From: Amphiscolops sp. MND2022
Taxonomy: Eukaryota
Direction: 5' to 3'
Assembly (NCBI GenBank): GCA_964187785.1
Contig: OZ076409.1
Span: forward strand, 92,134,001-92,198,000
DNA length: 64,000 nucleotides
The notes beneath the pieces are model-generated. The model was not told where the DNA came from and ran no database searches. It saw only the letters and a list, made by a program, of their open reading frames with translations. A program made the translations under genes and the position numbers. How positions within the stretch are numbered: position 1 is the stretch's first letter; the number at the start of each line of letters is the position of its first letter. This document shows, piece after piece, positions 1 through 14,202 of the stretch.

Positions 1-869
1 GCGATAGCCACTTCGGTATCGACATGGAAGACACGACATTGTCTTATAAGGTGATAGACGAGTTTCTTCAAATTCGAGGGACTTTTCTGACCTCATAAAT
101 GGGAGCTAAATCTGCACTTCCAGACATTTTGTTGGTCAAGCCATCCCTTCTTCAGATGTTTTATAAAGACTTTGCGTATTCTCTGTTGATACGAATGCAG
201 AGCATCGTAGAGTGAGTTGTTTCGTCTCTTTCGCTCCTGCTGCGAAACTTTGCCAGGCCCCTGTGATGCTCCCGCTTTGTTCTATAGAAATGAATCATAT
301 GCCGTTCAGTTCACTTCTGCAGTCAGGGATCTTCAACGTACAATTGCTTCCATCCACAAATCGAGAGTCTGCTTTTGCTGCATTCGCTTTACCCCGTGTC
401 TATCAATTACTAGATCATGGCCTTTTAATCTTTTCACGCTCAAATTCTCTGTTTAAACGTTGCTATCATCCAGCTAGTTCCACAAGATAGAGATTTGTAT
501 TCTCTGGGACCTTAATATGTGAAGAATGGTTCGTCACAGGAGATTAGGAAAAGATCTGAAAGAAGCCCTTATCTACCGAAGACAGCCCAACGGTCCGTCG
601 TTCGATCAATATTCCGATGATCCCCGTTCAGATCCGCTGTAGTACCGGTGGCAAGAAGAGAAAAAGAAGAAAAAGAAGAAGAAGAGTAGTCCCGTTTCAG
701 TTTAGAAGAATTAGTTTGTTTCTCTTTAAACTGCTTTGTCTTGAAGACAAATACCTTCATTTTTGACTTTATTATTATAAAGTATTTAGTATTATCGTTT
801 TATTTTCTAGTTATGATAACAGTTCAAGTTAAGAAGCAGCGAGTTCAGTCTTGACAGTCTTCAGTTTGG

Positions 870-3800
870 TATACGTTTGTCTTTTAAGTCTGAGAATTTA
901 GCGTTGGGGTCGGAACTTGTTTCTACCGGGGTATCCCATATATTTTTTCGGAAAATCGAGAGTAGATGAGTGGTTCATCGGAACCTAATCATGTGTACCC
1001 TCTTGTTCATGATCAGGGAATTCTATATCAAATGTATTTGTACCAAAATTTGTAGCCCAAGTTTTTGTATATGAAGCATCATGTCTAAAAGTTATGTTAT
1101 CGTTTTTCTGCCAGTCTCATTCTCTGACAAAATTATCGGCCAGCGCTGCGGTAGGTTTGAATTTAACGTAACCGTGAACAATTTCTAGTAGATGTGTATT
1201 GTTGATCCCTAATCTCCGTACTAGGTAGTTTTTGTTAGGCAATACTACTTAGACTTCGAACGGGATAAACCATCTAAATTCTCGAAAACGAGTTTTTGTT
1301 GCGTGTCCGCGTTCGGGTTCAGTCTGTAGCAAACGACCGTTGTTTTTACCAGTGAGGCTTTTGCTCTGCTGTCATTATAAGGTTTTTATTTCAAAGGTGA
1401 CTACAAGATGTTCTTTTTAGTTTGGTAATGCAGTAGCGTCATTTGACGTTGTAACTCTTCTGCATTTTTAGATTGCGGAGTGTATCTTGGTTGTGTGTTA
1501 TAGCATAGCTTGTAGCCTAGTGTGTCATGTGGTTTTCTGCTGTAGAATTCTCAGGTGGGTTCGCATCCTATTAATTCACTTTGTATGTTGTATTATGGTT
1601 GAGAACAGCTAGTTGTTAAAACTTATGCTTGTTGTGCGAAACTCACCAGTTGCTGCTATCAACTTGTTTTTACTGTAGCTTGAGTTCGTTCTAACATGCC
1701 AATCGTCTGCGCATGCTTTGTTGATGCATGGTTTATTTATGGTTTATTTCAATCCCGATTACTGCGGCTACTTCTCGTGTGATTTACGAAATGAACTGGG
1801 TGTCCATGTTAGTTATAATTGTTAATGATGGCAAATACGTGTGTTTACACAGTCTGTCCATAATGATTCTTGCAATTGCAGGAACTGCGAATGGAGTTGT
1901 TGGATATGCAAATAGATATCGTGAAAAGACAATAATTGCCGTTATTATGTTATCAAAACCTCTGCTAGGTGAGAGAGTAAATAGAATGTCCATTTGAAGT
2001 ACGTCCTATGGACCAAAGTCCAATTCTGGGCATCTACGAAGTTCTGTTTACAGTAGGTCGCTGTTGATTTTTTGTTTTTTTAATAAAACACTTGGCAGTT
2101 TGGTATCTAATTTTTGATGTGTTCTGAGAAAATTGGGTGAGAGTTCTTACTAAGGCTTCTTGGATCTTTTTCGTGATACGGGATGATAGGAAATTTTCCA
2201 AAATCATTGTAGTATTATCGTGTCAAAATGTTTTATCAGATTTTCAGACACTAATTTGCATGTAGTGTTGGTATCGGGTGTCTTCAGTGAACGCTTGTTA
2301 TCAGTGAAGCCTGTATCTGCTGTCTTCTTTGATTCATCAAACAGTTCTTCTTCAATTTTGCTTGTAGATTTTTGCATATTCACCGGAGTGTCTTTCTCGG
2401 TAGTTTAAGATACCTGCAGTGGGATTAGGAGAATGTTCGGTGACTTCGTTTTGTGTGTTCGTTGTCTGAGTCTATTTGTGCTTAGTGATGAATGGTGCCT
2501 TTTTGTTCCCAATGGGTTATTTCGTCAGTTTCCTCCTCAAGAGGCTGGTACCTTTGTTTTCGAGAGGTTCTTTTCGAGTTTCTTTGTTGGGTTGATTTTT
2601 GTTCGTGATAAGAAATTAGCTGCTGTTTTCGTTGCTGCTGCCACATGTGCGTTGACGCAATTGCACTTTCAGGAAGAATTTTTGTGTGAACAAATCTAGT
2701 TTTTCTTCGGTTGTCCGTACAAACGATTACCGGCAAAGTGTTACCCCACATTAGTTGTCCGAATTCAGAAAAACGTAGAAAAAGGCTAAAAACTCTTTTT
2801 CGTAGATAGACATTTTCAACTCTGTGGGGTTGACCGAAGGCTATTGGTGCGTATAATTGCCATTGTGATTGTAGTTTTTGTTTGGGAACAACTCAAATCA
2901 GGGTGGCATAACCTGCAACTGTAGAGCTTGCACGCGACATGAGGATTTGTGGTTTGACTTTGTTGGTTCCCTTCAGTAGTTTGAGGAAGGGCGTGAGGCT
3001 TTCGGAAAACCGTAGTATGTATTTTCTGTAAAAGTTCAGATTCAGAAATCAGATATACCCTCGGCGTCTTTTTTTGGATTTTGGGAATTTGAGTTTTACC
3101 AAGAAGTTTTTAACGATGGCAACATGGGGAGACACTTCTTCGGGCGTTTTTGTTTTGAACTTTTTGTCAGTTCAAATCCTGCATTTCGTATGCATCCAAA
3201 GACTGCTCGGATGTCGGCACACAGTCATGTAACTGTGTTTGTGCAATTCCAGTGCCCTGCTCAAAGTGTGCGCATTGGTCTGCTTTTATTGGCGTGTCTA
3301 AGAATTCTCTCATGGAACTCAGAATCCTGATAGTCCCTCAACTATTGGTGTGAGTTTCACTTTAATTCTCTGTTTGTACCAATGTCAAACCTGTGTCTGG
3401 CTAAAAATCGTATAATTCTATGAGGATTTCCTAAACTTTTGGTAGTCGAAGGCGGTAGTGTGTTATCAGTCCAATCGAAGAATCCATCCGAGGAATTGGT
3501 TTCGTGACTTTTGTTGTTATGTGGGTTGAGTTGTTCTGTGATGCTTGCAGTTCGAATAACTTGTCAAGTTTGCTTTCTTGGACAGGTGTATATGGGTGGG
3601 ATCACCTGGTTATTCAGGTGTAGGGAACCAGTGTTTTCCGTTTTGTTATCTTTATTGTTTAAATTGAGAGATTCGTTGAGGAACACATTTGTGACTTCGG
3701 TATGTTGATGCATAATGAACAATACGGTTGGAGGATTAACGAGTTTTATGAACTCGAGTTGCTCGGGTGTCAACATACGAAAATGAGCTTATTGTTTGTC

Positions 3801-6100
3801 AGTGGTTATTGTGTATCATAATTGTGATAAACTGCATATTTGGTAACCTACTGCATTATTTTTAACTGTGCCAGGCGAAAAATTAAGATTGTGTCATGTT
3901 CTTCGAGATGTGCAGAAGGCGTTACTATTCCCAATGCATCACGATCAATATTAGACATGGCATTCAGCTTGCAAAAAGTAACTTTCACGAGACTGTAGTG
4001 TGTATGTTGCTTCTGCAGATAGTGGGGTTGATGACAGTGTTTGTAGGTTGTGTTAGAGTTTCAGTTGCATTGATGGACTTGGAAACAATAGCACTTCCTG
4101 TCGGGGATCGAAAACAGCGATATTTCGTTTCAGGAAGCGAAGTCCGAGGAGATTTTGTAGGAATTCCATTATGACTGAAAAAAAGTCTGCTCCTTCAAAC
4201 GTGAAACAGAATGTTCCAATTGATGTTTCTAGCTACCATTACTTGACAACTTGGAGCTGGACCAGTGTCAGAGTTCGATTTTGGTTTTAATAGTTCGATT
4301 TTGTTGGGCTCTGTTTCTGCGATTGTGCTCGTGAGAACTCCGATACCAATTAAACAGTCAAGTGTAAGGTTTTCAAAATCATCTGGAAAGTAATACATAT
4401 GACGTTTACTTTTTGAAGGTAGGTTGGTTGGTGGAAGAGTGATGGATTTGTCTGTTCTCTGCTGATTGTAAGATGAGTTTGAATTTCATCATCAATCAGG
4501 TGTAGTTTTTGTGTTGATGCAGATTCATTGGTCATCTCATTTATGTATTATTCATGTAGAGGTTCGGTATTGTTTTTTGAAGGAGATTCGGGTTGGTTTT
4601 GTGGTGGTTCTTCTTTTCTGGTTCCACACAGATCGTTTTTTGATTGCTTGGTTACTAATATCAAAAGTTTCTATTATGTATCTGTCAGGAGCGTCCTTGC
4701 ATATTTCGTACATATCATCTTCTGACTCAGTTTGTTGAAGGTCGTGGGTTTGTGAGTCAGTATGTTGCGTAAAAGTGCCATATTTTGTAGGTTGAGGGGA
4801 TGGATGCTGCCAGCCATCCTTCTCCTCCGATTTGGTGTGACGTGGCTGTAATAGTTCAAATCCTTCGATAATGAAGGTTGTAGTTTAGGTGTTCTTGGGT
4901 TCATGAACTTTCTGGAATTTTTTAATTCTCAATGAGTTTTTTCTCTGTTTCAGAGAGTGTCCATTTGAAGGTCAGTTTTCCAATTTTGCACCCAAGTTGC
5001 ATGTTGATTCTTCATGTACTGGTGGGTTACAGTCGTTTATGTCCTGTGTTTTTACAATACCGACATTCATAGTCCTGAAACGTGTATTTGGTTTTGTTTT
5101 TGGCGTTTGTTGTTTCCTTTTGAGTGTTGAAAGTTTCAGTCGCGTTTTGTCTTCCTGCTGTTGTTTATTTTTTATTGTCTTTTTCGGAAATTTTGTTCAT
5201 ACGTTCCTTTTTCAAGACAGGCTTGAATTATTCATCGTTTTAGATTTGGTGTCATTTTTGCATGCAGAAGACTTTATATCGTTTGTGATGTCACTGAAGC
5301 TGTTTTCTTGCAGTTTTTAATGAATTCTGGTACATTTGTCGTTCCAGGTCGACCACTAAGCGATGAAATCTATGTTTCGCAGATGCACTAGATTCACCAG
5401 ATTACTTCTCAGGAGTGCTTGAAAACATTTGATTTTCCTTGTCAGGTTTGGTTGCGTTTCAAGTGTAGTATGGAAAAGATTCTCGAAGTAGTAAATTTGT
5501 TTCTTTTTCAATTTCTCGTTAAAAGTGAGTGTACTTTTTGGGTGGAAAATGGATGGTTGGGTGATACTACGATTTGCAAAATTTTAAATAGCTAGTGCTG
5601 TTTGGTTTACGGGGTCTCAAGAAGAATTTGTTTGTTCAGCAGTCAGGTGTGCCTTTTGTGAGATTGCTGTGTTGTTTGAATCCTGACAGTGAAGTGGTTC
5701 AGTACCTCCTGTCACAATGTGATAATCCTCGCCTATATGGGCTTCATATACTCTTACAGTGTCATCTACGTCGAAAGTTTGAATGCAAGTTAATTCTAAG
5801 TTCAATTGTTTCTGATGGCTCGAAAAAATAATCCTGTATTTCGTTTTCTTGATTGTCGGTTTCATATGTGTTTGTTTCATCATCATTTTGAGTTGTGCAT
5901 TTGTTGTTTCTTTTCTTGATGTAGTTTGTTCGTGATTTTGTTCTATTAGGAACTGATAGCGTTCTTTTCTTAGGAACTTTTCTTCATTTCTTTCATCATC
6001 TTACTAGTTTTTCATCCATCTCTTTTCTCAGTTCAGACAATTTTTTGTTTGTTTTATCTTCCATTTTCAAGTCGAGTTTCAATCGAAGTTTTGATACCTT
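870..6100 (-). pseudogene. Heavily degenerate Ty3/gypsy gag-pol remnant related to element A (boundaries approximate)
   Basis: Fragments align by eye with element A pol: protease YYFPDDFENLTLDCLIGIGVLTSTIAETEPNKIELL (4195-4398) vs LYFPMDFGELTLDGLVDTGALSSAIPEADLRKIRLL; RNase H WGNTLPVIVCTDN..TRFVHTKILP; integrase SRGFDNIITAIIVFSRYLFAYP. Many stops and frameshifts. Confidence 0.85.
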
Positions 6101-7569
6101 GTAACGCCTTTGCTTCTGAAGTACTTATTTTTCTCTGAAGTGAGGGTGATTGTCCTCGTCTACATCTTCTGTTCCTTTTGTTTCCCATCTCACTCAGATT
6201 AGAATGACGTTTCGCTGGAGAGAAGAATTTTATTTAGGTAGGAAAAAAGTCAAAGAATCCTTCAAACTAACAGGTTAGCAATGTAAAGTAGGGGTTAGAA
6301 AAAGATAAACTGCAGTTTTTTCTTTTCAAGGGAATAAGAATTGTAGGTCTGGTTTCAACGGAAGTTTTCTTTGAGGAATGACTTTTTAAGGTTGTCCCTT
6401 TAACTCTCCTGTTGTAGGAGGCGCTTTTTTGCTACATGACAATCGTTTTGTTTTGGGAAATCATCTTTTCGTCACCGTTATATCATCTCCAAAAATAGCA
6501 CCCTGTTCTTTCATCAATTCTATAAACAGGGTTTCACATGACGTAATCTTTATGAATCATACATGGCGTAATACATTGCATTCTGTTTGGCTACTGTATT
6601 TATCATACAGCTTGTGATAGAGGTCAATGAAAAGAAAAGAAATATGCAGTATGAGTCATTTCTTTTACTTTTTGTACAATGCTAAACAGAAGCGAGTGGA
6701 TCCAAATAAGTCATACTGCTTAACGTCTCATTTGACGTTTCGAAAGGAATAAATTTGCACTGCATTACGCCGGCAACTTAGTTCGGCAGCTGAGTTAAAT
6801 ATTTGAGTTCCACATGTGTTATTGCTTCATAAAAGTTGCACAAAAATTAATTATTCCACAGTTAATTTCATTAAATTGTACTACGCAACACATAAACAAA
6901 GAACTTGTACTTCATGGTCATTTATATTTAAACCAACAACAATCACAAATATTGTGTGCCACAACCAATCGCAAAGTCCACCATTACTGTTACTGGAAAT
7001 TCAAAACTACATTACAGAAAATTTATAATGTAACAAGGTTTTAAAAGAATATTTTGACACAAGATGAAGCATTTGCAGTCATTGCTGCACTTCGGACGCA
7101 CGCAACGCAAGCTCTAGGTTGGGAGAGCATATTAAAAGAGTATGCTAATCTTGAATATCTATTTTGTTGAAATGTGACCCTTTATTTTGCGAAAAATTGA
7201 GTTTCTTTTTTCAACTGTCTAATCACTTGCAAGCTGGTACCGAGCGGTTTGAACTTTGAATGTCGTTCATCAACTTTTCTGCTTCACACACTGTAATTAC
7301 GAATAGTGATCAGATTTGCGCACATACCACTAGTGCTCTGAATGCACGAGCTTAGCGAAGCGGTACGACGTGGCATTACTTGACTAGTGGCTGGTTTTGA
7401 CGAAGGCCGACCTGGACTGGGACGAAGCGTGGCGGAAGGAGGAAGGCCGAGATCTACAACCAAGATGAAAACATTTGCAGATATGGAATTGATTTAGTCT
7501 ACGTGGGAAAGAATTTAATTTAGATGCGATTGGATGATTTAATTGTTCATGACAATGAATAGTCACCAT

Positions 7570-7935
7570 CAGGGATGTATAATATTATACCTAAAGATTA
7601 TTTTTCGAAAAATCAACATATTCATTTGATGCTGGCTAGCAATAAATATGTTGAATACAATGTCCAATATTGTGTGAGGAAGAAAGATATTGTTTGAACA
7701 AAGATTTCGTTTGTTCGCTTCTTGGACTGTATTGATAACCACCAATGACTTTACCAAAATTTTGAATCGATTTCTCATTTGTGTTAACCAAAATATTTTG
7801 GCCCAAAACACAAATACTTTGAATTTGAACACCCAAAAAATGAATTAATTGTATTAAACAGAACCAAAATTAACTAAATTCTGTTCATTTTTTTGTCAAT
7901 ATATTGAAATACAGTATATTGTTCTTACATCCCTG
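7570..7935. mobile_element. Non-autonomous hAT-type MITE
   Basis: TIRs CAGGGATGTA.. / ..TACATCCCTG; 8-bp TSD GTCACCAT at 7562-7569 and 7936-7943. Confidence 0.85.
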
Positions 7936-8210
7936 GTCACCATTGACTGAGTTAGACGTAATGTTTTAGATGTTTTGCAACCAGTTGTCAGAGCATGCCT
8001 TTGTCGCGATGGTGGTTGACACCAAAATGAAAAAAGTGATTGAGGATATAGACAGAATTGAACCTATTGTGGACTTCATCAGACCGTTCAATAACACTAA
8101 AAAAATTCCGGTGAGTTCCCATCTCTCACGTGATCAAAAGTTTCGGATCTCATTCATTTTTAAGATGAAAATACTAAATTAGCACGAACATCCTTCACAG
8201 AAATTAAATT

Positions 8211-8675
8211 GGACCATGTTTCCTAATGAATCCCCCCCCAACAGGCCACGGAGAATGTGAAAGAAGATTAAAATACCATTAAGTCGATAGAGTTTGCATT
8301 GGAGTTTCGGTTCAATAACATGATTGATGTCGACGTAATCCTATCCTTTACACTAATTCACAGTCAAAAATGACACATTTTATTTTATGTCGGAGAAAAT
8401 ATGTATTGAAATAAGGGCATTTTATAAGACTTCAGCTTTTCCAGCTGTCACGGTGAAAATTCGCTATTTTGGCTAATCATATCAAAAAATTAGGGCAATT
8501 GTTTGCTGAAAGTGTCAAAACACTTGCAGAGACAATTTTTCAAGTATTATGACCATATAAGGTTTTTTATACGTGCAACAATTTTTCTGGAAAAGCCTGT
8601 TGTCGCGTTTGGGTGAAAACGAAACAACAAGGTATACCTGGGGGAGGGGGTGTTTGGAAATAGAAAACATTTTTC
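8211..8675. mobile_element. Degenerate copy of the GGACCATG MITE family that hosts element B
   Basis: Colinear similarity to 44361-44687 (ggaccatg..taccatta.gtcga..ttgatgtcgac.taatcctatcc) and to 63439-63475 (acaaggt.tacctggggga..atag). Confidence 0.7.
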
Positions 8676-9769
8676 AATTATGTTACTGATTGTTTTCAGG
8701 GATTTCAAGAGGCCTACAAAAGATTGAACGAAAAGCGTCCGAACGAAAGTTCGCAAGTTGAGAGCAAATTTCTCACTATTTGCTTCCTGATAGTGCCTCT
8801 ACTGATCGAGAAGATAATGGCTCTGTGAACAATCCAACCAAACGAACCTGAGTTTTGACAACGCTAACTTTTGAATTCAGGATTTTTGAATTTTTTGAAA
8901 TCATAATTTTTGAATTGTATATTGAATTTGGACAACCTAATATAATCGCTGAAAAAGTTCAGCGCGGCCGCGAATGCGGTAAATCGAATATTAGCGGTGT
9001 CAAAACTCTGCAATGAACCAATACCGGAATATCGTTGGATACAGAAACATTCAATCAGATTGGGATATTTGTTTTTCAACAAATTTATTATATTTTGAGG
9101 ACAGTTTCAGTTTTTATAACTCATAATGCATAATGTATCTGAATACAAACATCATCTAACCATCAGTACAAATGAATTTCACTTTAGGAAGGCTCAAGAG
9201 GATGCATTCTGCGTTTCAATTTGCAATTCCATATGATGGCTCTCTTGAAGCATATAGTTTCACGAATCATATGAATCTATCTGTTCCCAACGAGGAGAAA
9301 AAACTCAAGAAAAAACACCCAAAAAACAACAAACGCACACGTGATGTCGAGTCAAACAAACAAAACAAAAACTATGGTTGATGTGAAATTGAATTCGTCT
9401 ATCAAAATCTCTATGGGCTTTTTTAACTCGGCTGTTTTTCCATTGAGCATTTTTCCATTTTTCCATGTGTAATCCTTACTGACTTTTTATGAAACCAAAA
9501 ATACTTGATTCTCACAGTAACCTTTTTTCTTCTGACAAGAGACCTCACACTGAAAAATTTAGTTTTTTTGCAGTATTTCTCTAGGCCTTCCTATCTTACC
9601 AGAAAGCAACCTCGGGTGCTTACAAATGGTACCACGTTTAGTTCCCATAGTTTTGAAAGCTTTTGTCGTTACTAGAGAACTCAGAAGGTCTGGTTTTGCC
9701 AGATTTTTTCAATATATATCAACCTATATATTCTTAGTCGGCGCTTTTCTTGTGAAAAGTGCCGACTTT

Positions 9770-10871
9770 TACAGTGGCTAGTCTTTTTTCTTTTTTTTTC
9801 ATCAGACCACAGATCTCACCACGTTTTGTGAACTGCGCACTTTTACCCATCAAGAACTTAGTACTTGATTTTGAACGCATCGAAATCCTCTAAAAAACCA
9901 TTTCAAAGCAGAAGGGTCCACCTTTTCCAATTGTTTCGGCACTATGAGACTTCCCTCGTCTTTTTTTGACTTTGTGACATTTTTTCGAATTTTTTTTGAC
10001 GCCAAAGGGTCCCTTTTCAGTTTTTTCAATAATTTGGAACTGAATGGATGTTGAAAAAGTCCAAATGGTTCCCCTTTCACATTTTCTCATCTTTCGTTCT
10101 TTCTCCAAAATTCTTTAAAGTCTCCAAAAGGTCCTCCTTCAATTTTTTTGATCAATCTATATCCAAACTTCCGGAGCCTTTTCCGAGCACGAAAAACACC
10201 TTTTGGGTGTTTCGACACTTGTCTGTGTTTTTCATAAAAAACGACCTGGACATATTTTTGAAACTTTGAGCTTTTTGAGCCTTGTTGAACGTTCGAGCTC
10301 AGTTTTTCTCGGGAACCATTTTGATCTTTTCCAAAACAGCGTTTTGGTCAATGGCCCGTAAGACGATATCCTTCATTTGCAATTTAGGTTGTTCACGGTT
10401 TTGTGGTAAGACTTTTCGTGTGTTTGTCATCGCGTATAGGTCTACATCCTTTGTCAGTTTCTCGTATTGTGTCTTTTTAGTCGGCGTTTTCGAAGAAAAT
10501 CCCGACTCTTACAGTGGCTAGTTTTTTTTTCGTCAGTTCAACGCGTACGTCCACTTTTTGTGCATTAATCCAATTAATGCACATTTACCAATTTTACCAT
10601 ATGTACTTAGTACTTCATTTTCAACGCATCCAAAGCGTCAAACATGAGATAAAAAGCGTCCCCCCTTTTACATTTTTCGGCACTATGCGACTTACCGGTA
10701 ACTTCGAAAAAATTTTCAAAAAAAATTTTTTTCTCAATTTTTAGCTTTTTGAGAGCTTTTGTTGTTTTTTCTTAAAAGGGTCCCCAATTCACCAATACTT
10801 TGACATTTTGAAGTCCTTCTGCTATTTTTGAGCCTTAGATATGGCGCCGACTTGGGCCGTTCCCGGCTTGT
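9770..10871. repeat. Dispersed repeat family (related copies ~13690-14085 and ~41750-42010), possibly Helitron-like
   Basis: Shared motifs (ttcggcactatgagac, gggtccc, ttttgagccttag) and a GC hairpin followed by CTTGT at ~10847-10871, echoed near 41983-42010. Confidence 0.45.
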
Positions 10872-13800
10872 TGCTTTTAATTATGCTTAAACAGTTTGCT
10901 GGTATAAAAAATAATTGACAAAGACTAATTCTGCGAAAACCGAGTTTTTGAAGTTATATCGGAATTGTATAGGATATTAAATGTAACGATTTTGCATTTT
11001 CGGTATGCAATAAACGGGTAATTTTTCATGAAGAGCAAACAGGACACTAAAAAAGTGCTATGAACAAAACTTTGACCTCTTCGATATTTTAGATTAGACT
11101 CAGATTACGCGTTGAATTTAAGCAATTTTGACCGTGTTTCGTAAGTTTTTCCTTGACACATTTTCAAGGTCAAGTAAGCGGTCGAATGAAATTATCATTG
11201 AATTTATAGTAACAACCAATCAAATTGCAGTATTTCATAACTTTAACTGCAATTAAGACTCATTGCTCATATTTGGGGAAATAAAACTTTTGCTCTTACT
11301 GTGGGGGATTAGCAGAGAAGATCCTAAAGGTTTTTCAATTGATACTTTAGTGCTGAGCTCGGGTCATGTAGAAGTAGTTTGGTCTATTGCTGTTTTTACA
11401 TCAGCGGACTGGCTAATCGCAGTCAAACTCCCTCAATGTGAGTCTATCTAACCGAGCAAGTGAAAGCTCGCATGGTTGCTATCGCAAAACTATTTGCTAA
11501 CGGATGACATGAATATGGCGGTGCGATAGACGTTGACGAAATCTGAAACCGTCAGCTTTGGTACGTTTTCCGGTCTATGTTGCAATCATACACAAGGTCA
11601 TTCGGTTTGTAGATAGAAGCGCCCATTCAAAAACGTTCAAAACGCACAGACCAAAGCGCACCAGTCATAAGAGCCCGAATCGAAGACAGCAACAGGGGAT
11701 TTGCTGACTCTTTTCCACTACCAGTTTTAGGTTCATCACCCCGTTTGGATAGGTATCATTTTTTCACCTCAAAACAATGCATTGACAAATTGTTTCAATG
11801 ATAACTTGTTACGTTTTGGTCAGAAACGCAGGTAAGGTCGTTTTCAATTGGGATTCGAAATGTGTGGCAATGTCGAGCATAGCATTTACAGCGAACTATT
11901 ATTTTTGTCTGTAATTAGAAGCGGGAAAATCGGCTCGAAAATTAGCGAGGTGCCTTATATTAGCGCGCTTCTTGCTGGGGCGTTCATGGCTGTGTAACAT
12001 GGGCATTTTGTCGTAGGGGTTTTTCTTTGTACACGTGTCATTTATATATTTCCGTGAGATTTCTCGAGGAGGCTGCGACACAACGGCTGAGAATTTTCTG
12101 ACTTTTGAAAGTGACAATTGAGGTGATACATCCCTTGTCGAACCGCCATACATTTCTTGCAGAAGTCGAACGCATCAGACAGTCTCGAAGAATTTCGCAA
12201 GTATCTTACACTTCAGACAAAACGTTTCAAAATCTGACAGATCAGACATTTTTTACAGATTCATTGCAGGTCCAAACATTTTTGCAGGATTTTTGGATCT
12301 TGCAAAACAATGTCTGCAAAATGAAAAAAATTCTGCTTGAAAATATTTGGATGGTATGGAAAAGATTGTTTCTTCAATTTTTGGTCTAGTCATACAACCA
12401 GTGAAGAAGAAGACTCAACTGCATATCACATAATGAAAACTTTCATGTTTTTGATCCTTTGTAGTCTCCCATTAAATGTCACCGGTTGTTAGGAAATAAC
12501 TAAGTGTTAGTAATATAACTGTTAGTCGAATATTTTGGAGCTACAGCTTTTTGAACTGCACTTTTTCGTCCTAACGTGCGAGGATTACGATGAAGAAACT
12601 ACTAAATATTACGGTGAGATGACGACACGTACGGCCATGCGACCAGAAAATGATAAACAATTTCTACTGATTGTAACTTTGGTTAGATCTTTGTTAGATT
12701 TTCGATTGTATTAGTTGCAATTTATTATTTATACTCATGTAAAACTGTAATAATGTGATAATTTTTCCTGATGCTTCAATAATCATCCAATTGAGTTATT
12801 TCGCACTCAATTTCTTCCTAGTTACTTCCAAGGTTCAAACATTTTCCTCAAAGTTACTTCAACAACGTTCAGACATTTTCTTGCAAGTTACTTGCAAATT
12901 TCAGGATTTCTTTCCAAGTTACTTCCAAGATCAGATATTTTCTTTTGAATTACTTCCACGATCAAGCATTTCTTCCAAGATCTTCCAAAATTCCAAAATA
13001 CGTGGACGAATAATACACTGTCTTGCAAGATATTGGAAATGAAATCAGACGGAATCAGGGAGAAAAGGTATGAATATTGGACTAAGTGTTGTACCATAAA
13101 CTTTTTGTGGCAAAAGTTTTTTTATGGAAACAATCTTGGCTAACCGCTCTCTGAAAAAGTATTTAAAACTTTGTTTAGCGATTGCCTTTGTTATGCATTT
13201 ACCAGTAGCCTTTGTTGCTCGTGTATTTCTCTTGATTTTCTAATTTGAATTAAACTAGATCCATAGGTTTTCCTGGAAAGGTTAGCGATTTGATCCGGAA
13301 TAAAGTTACAAAAAGTCATATTGCCCAAGGTTTTTTCTCGTATTTTGCCGTAGTTCACAATTATCCTCGATAGCTAAAATTCATCTAAAGATTTCAAAGA
13401 AGTAAATGGAGTTTACAGCGTATGTTTTCATGCAAAAACTTGAGCTTCTTGTCTGAAAAAATGGCCTTTCGTGTTTTCTAAATTTTTCCAGCGTTTTTGT
13501 TGGATTGAATTTTCAAAAAACGTTCAACTCCTTCAGCATATGCACGCTCTTATACATGTTTAATTGACAAAATGTGACTTTTTGTGACTAAACTGGACCA
13601 GTCAAGTTCGGCCAGCGAAAACGCATTTGAGTTAGAGCAAAGAGTCCCGTCTCTCATTTATTCCATTTTTCCCGTTCGGTTTGAGAGATTTTTTCTCCAA
13701 AACGTTTCCGAGTCTCCAAAGTGCCCCCCCTTCTTTTTTGATATTGTGCAACAGAATGAATAGGGAATGGCAGGAAAATCCCGAAGGGTCCAACCTTTAG

Positions 13801-14202
13801 ATTTTTTCCCACTATGGGACTGTTCGAAGTTCTCATTTTTTGAATTTTCCAAAATTTTGAATGTCTCTTTTCAGATTTTTCGGCACTATTAGACTGTTTA
13901 AAACTCATTTTTGTACGCGTATGATCGAAAAAAAGCTATCGCATTTGTCTTAGCGTCCTGATTGAACTTCTGAGGCGTTTTGCGAACACGAAAGGACCAT
14001 TTGGGTGTTTCGAAACCGTTTTCCAAATTTTTCATAAAAACGTCCTGGGCTTATTTCAAAAACGTTGCACTTTGAGCCTTAGGTGTAGCTGTAAAGTCCC
14101 ATCTTAATGTTCGTCCCTGAAGTAGCTTATTTTAGGTGCTACCGTCTTGTTCTCAGGAAAATCACATTGCATGGTACAGAAAGAATCAAAAAGTGTCGAT
14201 TA

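Noticed and set aside
6650..7470. Possible host-gene exons (also ~200-490 and ~11280-11830)
   Set aside because: Only short frames, no recognisable domain and no consistent splice model.
12780..13085. TTACTTCCAAG short repeats as a novel array
   Set aside because: Look like subterminal repeats of a truncated DNA transposon; no second end or TSD found.
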